Source: Albugo candida
Lineage: Eukaryota
Direction of reading: 5' to 3'
NCBI GenBank assembly: GCA_040437565.1
Contig: JBDOQK010000042.1
Span: forward strand, 1 to 64,000
DNA: 64,000 bases
Made by a program: the position numbers and the translations under genes. The notes beneath the pieces were generated by a model that saw nothing but the letters and a program-made list of their open reading frames with translations, was not told where the DNA came from and ran no database searches. Shown in pieces: positions 53,200 through 64,000 of this stretch. Within the stretch, counting starts at the first letter, position 1, and each line of letters opens with the position of its first letter.

Positions 53200-56100
53200 C
53201 GAGTTTCTATTCAACGTTTTAACAAGCCGAGTCCGCTCGCCTTGATCGTAGCACTGTCTTTGAAATTACCGAACGTGCGGAGTAAGCGTGGGATAGACTG
53301 CGGAAAGTTCTGAAAGTGTCGGAGTTGCTGATCGCTGATGTAATGAATGACGATTCCAATCGGACTAGACCAAAATGCAGCGTCACTGCTTGCAATGCAA
53401 GCCACAAATCGATATAATGTTCTGATATTCGTTTCAATCTGGCCGCACTGTTGGAACAATTGCACATGCAATATGCGTCCAACGTGGTCGAGAGAAAAAA
53501 ACCTTATCCCAAATAGGGTGTAACTCCCTTCAAAAATTTTCTGTATCATCGGACTCTAAAAAGAGATGTTGATCGGATTCCCCTGCGCCAAAACAATTCT
53601 GCGTGCACAATATAATATGGGATTGAATCTTCTAACTCGTTCCGAATCCAGTGCGTCCAAATCTCTCCCGTAATGACCAATATGTCAACATTGGATGAGT
53701 CTTAGTTGATTTGGGGGGGTTTCCAGACAATTCGTGATAGTTGAGAGCGTGGAAAAAATGAAGGAAAATGTTTCGCACCTTTCTTTGCGATACCACATAA
53801 AACGATCTCCCACCTTTTTTTGGTTGGATCCAAGTGATGAGCTTAATCGTCTAGTAAATACGCTGGAATGTCTGAATGACTTTATTGGTAACTTGACTCA
53901 ATGACTTTCTTTTAGCCCTATCCGACGTGTTCAGCTCTTCGTCGTTGTATTATATCTCACATAAATCTTCTTTCGGTGGTCATGTATCACTTTCTCGAAA
54001 AAAGTCTTGGAGACTTCGAGTTTCATTAAGATTAGAAATGATTTCAGAAACGTCCGATGTTGTTCGTCCACCATTCCAAGACTGCACCAAACGTTTTGCG
54101 TACTCGAATTACGAATAACTGCTTCATAATGAAATGTCTGGTCACGGTGAAATCGTAGCGGCAGTTCCATGAAGTACTGACGGCGTTGGAGAACTGTCAA
54201 ATCTGGAATTTTAATAGTCCAATGCATCTGATGTCACATTTTTATAATTCACGTTTTCAACAAGAAGAGGTGCTGCCCCATTATACAATTTTTCCATGTC
54301 ATTATGCTGAATATGACCATCGGATAGTGTGAGCCAAAGGAAGGTTGAAAAAGCTATAATAATTTCGGGGAAGCAGTTGTCCAATTCCCAGGAATACTTG
54401 TCGACACATCGAATACACTTGGCTAAAAGAATCGATTGCGTTGTAGTTTCGATCGTCCCACCAAAAAATGACCTTGTAGTCCACCATTTTCTTGACGAAG
54501 TTTAAAAATACTTGGCTGAGTAGGTGAACGTGTGTTGAATCGTATTGTGTTTCCGACCAAGCACAAATCGATTGATCATCGACTACCACTGTCGAAAAGG
54601 CTTTGCTACTATGTCTACGTAAATCGTGTAATTCCATAGACGTGATAAAGTCATCGTCTGCACAACCAGTAGGCGACCAAGAACAGTTCGTTCACGTCAA
54701 AACCATACACATAAGCCATCGTAAATATCCTTGTCGAGAGTTGCAATAACATCGAATAAGTCGGTATCTGTCCGAACGAAATACCCAAATACTTGAACGA
54801 ATTCTCCTGAACCATTATGAATAAATTGGGAATACGTGAACACAGTATCGTCCTAGTCAACAAGAGTAAGAATGATTTGCTCAAGTTGGTTTTCGCACCA
54901 GATACGTCGCAATAGACTTGAACGAGTTCGAGTTGCGCGAAAGACCATTTGGTGTCTCTGAAAGAAATATAGAATAGTCCGAAAACAATAATTCAGTAGC
55001 GACAGGCGTTTCATTCATCAAAATGCCATGTTCTTTTATGTTGACGAGGTAGATTCTCTAAAGGGTACATCAATCATCAAAAAGAGTAATGCTGATAGAG
55101 GATCGCCTTGTTTTGCTCTACGTTGTGTTAAGAATGGACGATGTGATATTGTCCTTGATCATCAAGTTCGCCTTCTTGTTGCCACAGTGCACACCACCTA
55201 TAACCTGTAACTTATTAAGGACTTAGTAAATTCACTACTCTTCCCGCATAAATTATTGCATAACAAAAACAGAGATTATATATGATAGATACAGTCTAGC
55301 GCTTCAAAACAAAAGGCTTGGACATCAAATTGGATTATTTTTGAATACTTTATAAGGCTCTAAACGTTGCCTTGTTTCTCTAGATTTAACAAGCATTTCC
55401 TATCAAAGCGTAAACTTTGGCCGCCATCTTGGTTTAGGGACTGAGTACAAGTGTAATGTATTATCTTTATATTATACTTACATCTTCATACAGTAGCTAC
55501 TAAAGCATTGCTGTCTGTGTGAACTGAGTCTGGAACTCTTCGATGTGATCGGTACTTTTTCATAGCATATTTCGCGGTTTTCCTGGTTAGATCTTTCCGA
55601 TACACATCCATATAAAGGAAGCACTTTCTAGCATTGTGAAGGATTATTGCGAGCGAAACTGAGGTAAGTGCTTTCAGAACGTCGCGACCAATCCTTCCCA
55701 TGTGTAATCACAATTTTTCCTTGCGTATCGATTTGCTTCCCCCAAAAAAGTTTCTATAAAATTAATTCCCAATAAAATTTGGGGTAAAATATGATGAGAT
55801 GGCCCTCCGCGTTGATTGTCTCTTCCAACAAACCTTTTGGAGCTTTCAAGTCTGGCTGGTGTTGAATAACACTTCGGCCGCAGCAGCTACCTGTGTCACC
55901 ACATTTACCCCGGCAGTCCAGGCGAAGGTTTCTCGTCCAGAGGCTGCGTTCTTGTAGGACGATCTTTATGCCCTTTGATTTTCCGTCCTGAAGATAATCT
56001 GCGGGAAATACCATGGATTGCGATATTCCAACTCAAAACATTCCATTCCGCATTACCGGTTTCTTTCGTCCCGGTCCAAGTTTTATCCGTTGAGATACGA

Positions 56101-57740
56101 GAGCATCTTCAGCAAATGCTGCGTGGCTAGTCGCATTGTCGAAAGCGAAGAGAGCTTTTACATTGGGAAACTGCGCATCGAAAATGGGAATTGCAGCATC
56201 CTCTACTTGCTCATGAAGGTCTTCCGTAGTCCACCAACCATCATAGTTCTTGCCGGGATGTGTGATTATGCAGGCCTCTTGTGAAAGATTGCTGTGTTGA
56301 AGCTTCTTTTCTTTGCTCAAATCTAGACGACCCCTTGAATATACAGAAATGTTAACTCTTGCTCAAAGTAATGAGCGAAAAACTCTAAAATAATAGACTT
56401 ACCAACACCAGTCAGAATTTCGCTGACGTGTATCGATCTTCCAGCCCCCTTCTTTCGCAGGGGGTGTTTGCCATCAGGAAGTCATAGCTTCTTCTGGCCA
56501 TCATGGGCGTCAAACGTCAATAGAATGATGGCAACTCTGGCAGGAAAATCTCCGATTCTATTTCCGGCCCAACAAGTTCCGGCATAATTGGCTCATAGAT
56601 TCTCATTCGTTTCAAAAACTGAGTACGATATGCAACGACATCTGCTCGTTCATGGCCATTTAACGTACATGCCTTTCTTCACCTCTGAATAGCGTAAGCC
56701 AACTAGCTTCATCCAGTGGGTCACAGTGCTGAGGTGGATAGATGCGGTGCGATCAATTTTTGGAAGTATTTGCTCGTTGTCATGCTTGGTAAAATCCGTT
56801 CGTACGATGCAGAATTTATTGTTTCGAAGTTAAAGCTGCACATCTACAATGACATCTTTATCCTCTAATAAACTGATTGTTTAAACATGATTTCTCTGCT
56901 TGCTCTCGGGAATAGAAACAGTTTCAATATATAAACGTCCCCAGCCATGAAGCATCTCGGCAAACCAGCGCCCTTTTCCATTCGGCGCCGCAAATATTTG
57001 CGAGTCAGCAAATCTCTATTATGCAATCACGATAGACCGTTAATAAATTAAAAAAAATTGCGCTAGAGAATGTGCAAGTGAATGAACTATACCTGGCTGA
57101 CGCAGAGTATAAGCCTGAACTATCCTGCAATAGAGGCAAGACGCAGCCGCATAATTTCCTCCTGCGATTCATTTTTTTTNNNNNNNNNNNNNNNNNNNNN
57201 NNNNNNNNNNNNNNNNNNNNNNNNNNNNNNNNNNNNNNNNNNNNNNNNNNNNNNNNNNNNNNNNNNNNNNNNNNNNNNNGGAATGGTATTTGGGGGGGGG
57301 GGTATGAATTTACGCCAATTATATTCGTTAACGGTTTATGTTTGATGAATTTTCAATTTTGGCCGCAAAAAATAATAATTACAGGTTATAGATGACTTGC
57401 ACTATATATAAAAGACGAACCCAGTCGATAAAACTTCTTAACACCTATTTTTCCAAACTCAAAACATTTCCATCCAATTGACTCAATCATAAGCTTTCCC
57501 AAAGTAGAGAAAAGACGCATCTGCTTCCTCCCTAGGACGAGCTACCAAGTCAATATACTGGAGAGATGTCGGAATAGATGATGCATCGATCGTCCTCGCA
57601 GTAATGATTTTTGATCTTGATGAGTCAATTTTGGCAAAACCGTTGCAAATGGATGCGCCAATGCTTTTGCATCGACGCAATATAGTGTGATCGGTCGATA
57701 CTTGATAGAATCAACTCTCGATCTTTTTTTGTACAAAATG
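53200..57740 (-). mobile_element. Degenerate L1-like LINE ORF2, split by a DNA transposon
   Basis: YRPITL, FGKAYD and SFIDWVRLLY (57407-57740) continue past the insertion as SNKKANLMI..KQGDPLSALLF, SGAKTNLSKS and FKYLGI (53200-55184). Confidence 0.88.
55185..57404 (-). mobile_element. IS630-Tc1-mariner transposon, copy B, both ends present, internal gap
   Basis: TIRs CAGTGCACACCACCTATAACCTGTAA (55185) and TTACAGGTTATAGATGACTTGCACTA (57379-57404); flanks CA and TA. Motifs FAFDNATSH, YPKFYWEL, KKYRSHRR. Confidence 0.92.
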
Positions 57741-59849
57741 TGATTACCGAGTGATGTTGTGTAAAAAACACAGAAGCAAACTCGTATAATACTTGAAAGA
57801 CTTCATACATTTCTATCAATTCGCTCCGTTCAAATTTTATGATTTCAGCCGATCTATATTTCAGTATTTTTTTACCCCAATATTCGCTGTTTCTCAGCAT
57901 CACGGCCACTCTTCTTAGACTGTATAACGTTCCACACAATTCGTTTTATACATTTGTTCACCTAGATAATCTCTTTTTTCTCAGTTTGCGGGGCCATATA
58001 ACGAAATTGACTCAAGTATTGCACAGCGTAAGTATTGTAAATGGAGAATGCACCCCATGTTTTGTTCGAATGCCAGTGGTAAACGCAACGCTTTCAGCTA
58101 TAGGGAGATAAATTGCGGTGTTGAACAGAGGTATTTCGCTAGACAGGTATTTTATTCACATTATTGGTCATCGTCTGAACAATTAGATCTCCAGTTTCGT
58201 TATGTGACATTTTCCTGAGTCCAAGCTGATGGCAGTGATTCATTCTGGCTACCTAATCCAAGGCAATAAGAGGCTCTTGTTCATCTTGTAGAAATGGATT
58301 TAGGCCAGAATGACGGTGCTGTCTAGGGTAGCAGGTCGTAGAGGAGAGAAACATAGTATAGAGCAATAATTTGTAATCACAAATGTACCCCACAAATAAA
58401 CAGTTACTTGGGTACCATATTCTGCGCGATTTAATAAAGGAGTCCCTAATTAAATACCGAAGGGTCCTACCGTTGCGCGTTGCTCCAACACTCTTGCATG
58501 AATCAAACACGATAAAAGGTAGCATCGCCGCTTGCAATGCAAAATTTTCGGGAATACTTCAATTCCGATCGTATGATCGACACAATACTGCATATAACAT
58601 TTGGTCAACGTGGAAGAGAGAAAAAAGAGCAAACCCCGAAATAATTCTCGAGAAGTATTACCCGTTTGGTCGCATTCGAGATAAGCATACCGAACTCACT
58701 GCTACATACGAGGCCTTAATGCATAATATGATGTTGGACTTACTATTCTTGAAAAACCTAAACCGAGATCAAGTTGGGAGCATCCTAAGTCAGATGACCC
58801 ATATGTGGATATCAATGAATCTGTTGCTTCCAGACCATGTATGGAGAGATGGTAGCGAAAAGTAAAGGATGATAGTGGTTTTCCGTGCTTTTTACTCAGG
58901 CATAATCGATCTACCACTTGCATTTGGTTGGATCCAATTGGTGAGACAATGGTCGAGTGGATATAATGCAGAAATCGAGTAAATTCGTTATAAATTTCAT
59001 CAAATAACGTTTCTTCAGCCACACCAAAACTAATGATAGCTTTATCGTTGTAGAATTGTGTGGGGAGTAATATGTTGCAGTGGAACTACTTTGGATGATC
59101 CCTGTGGTATTACAATCACAAATTCGAATGCTCCATCTCATCCAGCACTTACAATGCTTTATTCCACACGGGAGACCCACTCTCCAATCGTTCCACTTTT
59201 CATGACAATGTGGCGCACTGGTCAACATGTTCGTGAAATCGCATCCGCAAAAACAGAGATCGCTAGAGTTGTAATTATTTTCTCGATGAAGCTACAGAAA
59301 TAGCAGGGATAATCGTTAGTGGGTCGGCTTTGAACTGGCGGAGTAATTTGATGCTTTGAACCTTCGGTCGTTCCACCAAAAAAGCGTTCTCCTCTACCAT
59401 CATGTCTAGAAAGATATGAAGAGTCACGACCCATCAGACGAACATTCTTGAAGGCATTGTCCTGGTTCCGATCAATCACAATCACTATCAGTTGATAGTT
59501 TGGACCAGTCTTACGTGAACGTCAAATCAAATACCAACCTACCATAAAACTGTTTTCAAGCAATGATATAAGTATCGAGTGAGTCGATGGTTAGATTCAA
59601 CAGAATGATGGAAATGTCAAGTCCCAGTATGTTTCTGCGAGGGCACGGCATGTTCCGACTTAGCAAGTCTAGGGATGATTTTCTGCTTGAAGTTGCACAG
59701 CTCATTGCGATAGATTCGTATGATTGTAAGTTTTAGGAAAATTCATTCGCTCTTATTTTCGCAAAGAAAGAATCAGTTGCGACAGTAGTGGCATTGATTC
59801 AATTATCATCTTATAAATATTGACTTACTATTTTCCTGAGATCTTGATT

Positions 59850-61000
59850 GCCATCAGATAAATTCATGCTGAGAGAAGAACGCTTGTTATAACTGCACGC
59901 TTTGATGAATGAACGTAAGGATACTGCCGTTGGCCATCAACAGCACCTTATTATTTGTGTACAAAAAACGAACTCGGTCGACGAAGTTATTCAAGCTTTC
60001 CTCTTCCCAATACACGAGTTTGCACGTCCAGTTGCCTCGATCATAAGCTTCTCGAAGCCAACAGAAGTCGGATACGCTTCTTCGACAGGAGAGCGAAAGC
60101 GTCTTGTATGCTGGCGAGATATCTAATGCGGTGAAAATTGACCGTGCCCTCACAAATACCTTTGTTCTAGATAGTTCAAATTTTGGTAGCAACTGTTATG
60201 ATCGATGCGCATCAATACTTCTGAATGTACTTTCGCATCGTCAAAAGGATTCAGATCGGTCTAATTTTGGCAAAATACGTCCTTGGTCTTTTTTGTATAA
60301 CAAGGTGATCGCCGATAATGTAGTGTTCGTGTTAAGATTCCTCTTTTCACTTCATGTTCGAACGCGATCTTTTATATAGTCGTGGTAAGCTAGCAAAATG
60401 CAGCCGTCAGTCCATTTTTTCTCAAGATAAACTACTTCGCATGTGCTTGATCGATTCTACCATTTCGTTCGTGCTTGCGTGCATTCAGAGAGGGTCTTGC
60501 TTTTCAGCCTCACTCAGAGAACTTCAATGCAACCCAATGGCATTTTATAATATCATATGTAACAGATTAGTCGGTCTTTGAAGTACTAAGAGAGCCCACT
60601 AATCCACCCAGCAATCTTTACATTTGAGGACAATTTTATAGAATTCAAGGACCCCCAGTTTTTGGTAACATTCCCGACAATAACGATTAAAGGACCAAAG
60701 GAAACTTTAGGGGTTTTTACATATACTTCGCACGATAATCGAAGCTCCCATCTTGGCTTCATCTTGCATTCTTATAGAGCAAATCTTGAATTTGCTTGAG
60801 ACTAGATTCGGAAAATGCCGTGACTGATTGGTGTCTTGGGAATGTGATGTTGCCCTAGTGCGGTTTGAAACACGCTGAGTATACTCATGATCATGTCGGC
60901 TATCTTGTGAAATATTCTTCGCAACTGCTTGTAACTGTTTCTTGACTTTAGCTGGTCAACCTGTTCTCATTTTTTCCTGGATTAAAAGCTGTCCGTACTT
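59850..61000 (+). pseudogene. Degenerate Cys-rich gene, CCG-like modules
   Basis: ACYNCTL**MNVRILPLA..LLFVY (59885), NCYDRC, RMCLID, RNCL. Many stops; boundaries approximate. Confidence 0.3.
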
Positions 61001-62581
61001 GTCCAATCACCAAACTCGCTTCTTATTTTATTTCCCAGAAAACAGAAGTTGTTGAAACGGTCTTGATGGAAATCTTTCAATGTTTCCGCTTCGGTTTATG
61101 AGTTAAATTTGCAATTTTTCTTTCATGTCAGATGATCTCCTCCATTTCGAGGTCTATAAGTTCAAGTGTTTGTAACATCTTGAATAGCTCTTGTGGCATC
61201 TATATGTAGTCCAGAAGACTCTTGCGTGGTAATGATCCTGTTAATATTTTATAAGCGTATGTTTGCTTTACAAGCGTCTACTACAACCAGCTGCGAAAGA
61301 CGTTCCAACTAAGCTGAACAACCTTAATCGTTCCCAATTTCTCCAATTGGAGCATCGAAAGCAATATCGACGACTATGTTAAAATCAAAATTACGATATG
61401 TGTTGCAGCCGGTTTCAAGATGTTCAAGAGCAGCTGTCAATTGAGAAGCACACATCTTTTTTTTGACTGGTGCATGTGATTTTGACTATACACCGGTGTA
61501 TTTGAAAAAAATGAACTCAACTAGCGTTTCAAATACCTCGTTTACTCAATCCAGTTTCTTTTTTTCTTTATACACTCATATACATAAGCAGTGGCGTTTG
61601 ACATATTAGAAGGTTAGACGATCGACAATTATACGCATTTAACTCGAAATTGGACCCTCCTTCTCAATTCTTCTTTATTTTCTGTACAAGAATAACTAGT
61701 CGTATCGGTTGAACAATCTTTGTTCATGACGCATCATATACGTTCGTCAAGAGAGTACATATGCAGCAGTCAAATCATCGATCATAGGTATCATTGGTAC
61801 AGATGAAATAGCCCTATTTTTTGCGAGTCATCACATCGCCTGATTAAGGTGATGCGCTCAACTGAATAATACAGTCACAGTATGCATATTCTGTGGACAC
61901 GAGTGCACATTTCTAGAGATGATTCATACCGAAAATAAAGATCCACGTCAAGAGAGAATTCAGAGAGAGGAGAATGGTAATGCAACTGATTATATGTGTG
62001 AGTCATATCCTGAAAATTTTCAATCAGGGAGCAGGAAAATGAAGTTGAGTGAAAAGTAGCAGAATGGGATAATCAAAATAATGAAACGTATTTAAAGTCT
62101 TTTCTAGAGGACGAATCTATATGTATTATCGAAATAATGAATGACGGGTGTTTTGTATTTTGGTCAAAAGCATTTGGTGAATGAAAATAAACAAGATATT
62201 GTTGCTTGCGGATTTATTTCAAATCTGCGCCGAGGAAGATGGATAAAGGAAGGGCACGGCTTTTGCAGATGCGCTTTCTTGTCAATAGCGCGCTACTAGA
62301 GAGCACTTAAGATTGTATTTGCAGTCCCTCAATGTCCAAGAACAGGCAACACCTGTAAATAGATCCAGATTAATTCACAAATGTCATATGGAGACACCTA
62401 AGACATAAAAATGTACCACAATGGGAAGAACTTCATCAGTGCTAATACTATAATAGATCGAACAGTAACGAGGGAGGAAATTGTTTCGACTGATAACCTT
62501 TCTCCTAATGACTGTACTATCCTTCTATACTGGATAATGAGTTTTTATCAGCACAACTCACTGTTGCGAGTTATCCACGTC

Positions 62582-63646
62582 ATGCGAACAGCTCAATTTC
62601 TGATCGTGCTTCTGCCCCATTTCTTTGGTAGTAGGTTCAACTAAGTATCATCCTACCTAAAAACAGACACCGTCAGCATATTCATTCGGCTCACCAGAAC
62701 AGATTTAATTAGATTTTAGAATTGTTTGCTGTCTATTGCGGGTGCTAGTCGTGCAAAACACATTTCTCGACAAAGATTTACTGATGATGGATACAAAAAA
62801 AGTGAACTAGATCAGGAAGATTTTGAAGTCACAGTCTCAGATTTTGGTTTTGTGCTATTGCAGTAATATTGTGCTACAGATTCATCTTGTGGCCAACTAA
62901 AAGTTGGACATCGTTCTGGCTCGCGTCCACAACCAAGTACCATGCAAAATCACTTGTTACCGGATGTCGGAGATCCGAAAGCTAGTATATTTTGCATTAT
63001 CCGAGCAGTTTTAAGCGAATAATGTAGAAACTGCTGGAGTGAGTCTAGCGATTCAGCATATTGGGGGGACTTTCGAATAGCAGCACCGAGTATTCATGAA
63101 TTACATACAATTTACGTGATGTCCACATCACAAAATTTTTAATACATTGTTCATCGATGTACTGCTTCGAAGGCTTGCATTGGAACTACTACGCAAATAC
63201 CAGGTAGAATCTATCATCTTCTGATTCTCAATGGGCCATTCCAAGGCACTCCGTACAAGCAGACAAGTCAGATGTCTGTTGAATCCGATCCGGGCAGTCA
63301 GATACCTCATTTGATAGAAATCTATAAACAGCTCGAGTGGATCACTCTAGCTCGCTTCTGTATCACAGCAAAACTCTTTGCACTTTCTCGTGTCATTAGG
63401 CGTATGAAGTGCTTGGCAACAAATGCAGGTGGAGTTGTTGTTATCCTGCAACATAAAATAGATGATCAGCACACGATAATGCAGTACATGCATATTTTAA
63501 CTCAGCATACTAGTACAACTACGTTCTGGACGAATTGCCCATGCGGCAGTAAAGACGATGTTGGAATTAGACCTGACGGAGTTTGCAATGAACGGAGTGC
63601 GCTACAGCTCGACACAGTACTGATGAAAGACCTAAGGTCTATTTAG
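62582..63646 (+). pseudogene. CHxC/CCG-type effector pseudogene
   Basis: One frame from ATG 62582: MRTAQFLIVLLPHFFGS (signal-like), F*NCLLSIAGASR (62714), YCATDSSCG, CRNCW (63023). Later RMKCLATNAG (63401) fits CxxCxxxxxG with the first Cys codon changed to CGT. Confidence 0.62.
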
Positions 63647-64000
63647 ATGAATGAAGAAGAGCAAAAGTAGCAAAAATAAATGTCGTCATCAAGTATTCCA
63701 GTGAATGCGTCTGGGCAAACTTCCGAAAGAAAAACCATGTAATGATTGCATTACTAGTTTGCAGGCATCATCAAAGACCAATGCTAATCTCTCACAAGAA
63801 ACTCTTTTGTCTTGGTTGCGGAGGAACTTTGATAAAAAAAAACTAGCTTCCTGCATTAACCTGGTCAATTATTAGAAGCCCCCGCTATGTCTTCAGTTGG
63901 TATTTGTTCCTAACTTCATATGTGAGTAGGAGTTTACTCCATTCGAGCAAGCTACAGTGTATTAACAAAACCGCAATTTTTCGGCAAGAACTGATACAAG

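Larger units (their letters stand above)
4268..57279. other. 18 scaffold gaps of exactly 100 N (unknown true size), many with duplicated flanks
   Basis: Gap starts: 4268, 8171, 9404, 12032, 14578, 15520, 16954, 17978, 20712, 22006, 25660, 27758, 30605, 32044, 45085, 45819, 46964, 57180. Confidence 0.95.

Noticed and set aside
4160-57395. ORF-track entries containing long X runs
   Set aside because: Open only because they read through N gaps.
58383-58865. 160-aa ORF considered as a viral or intact host gene
   Set aside because: No recognisable motif or signal peptide and competing ORFs on the other strand; probably a pseudogene fragment, not assignable.
1-64000. CRISPR arrays, rRNA/tRNA genes, prokaryotic operons
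   Set aside because: No regularly spaced repeats or recognisable structural RNA; introns and LTR/LINE elements indicate eukaryotic nuclear DNA.

Overview
Eukaryotic, repeat-rich, gene-sparse scaffold segment with 18 padding gaps of 100 N. It is most likely from an oomycete, probably Albugo-like; this is inferred from the retroelement types and from CHxC/CCG-type effector relics. Most of the window is decayed and nested transposable elements: four Ty1/copia LTR elements or fragments, L1-like LINE fragments, four IS630-Tc1-mariner copies (CAGTG termini, TA target duplication, long Cys-rich D-to-E spacer) and one MULE. Between them lie degenerate Cys-rich secreted-protein genes and one apparently intact 216-aa secreted-protein ORF (40274-40924, minus strand). 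The standout is a GC-rich island (~14760-18255) carrying a decayed gene whose motifs run in the order RNA triphosphatase, guanylyltransferase with OB fold, and the start of a cap methyltransferase. That is a virus/linear-plasmid-type capping enzyme architecture, overlapped by an upstream ORF, and suggests an endogenised virus-like element. No rRNA, tRNA or CRISPR array was seen. All translations, alignments and counts were done by eye; no database searches were run.
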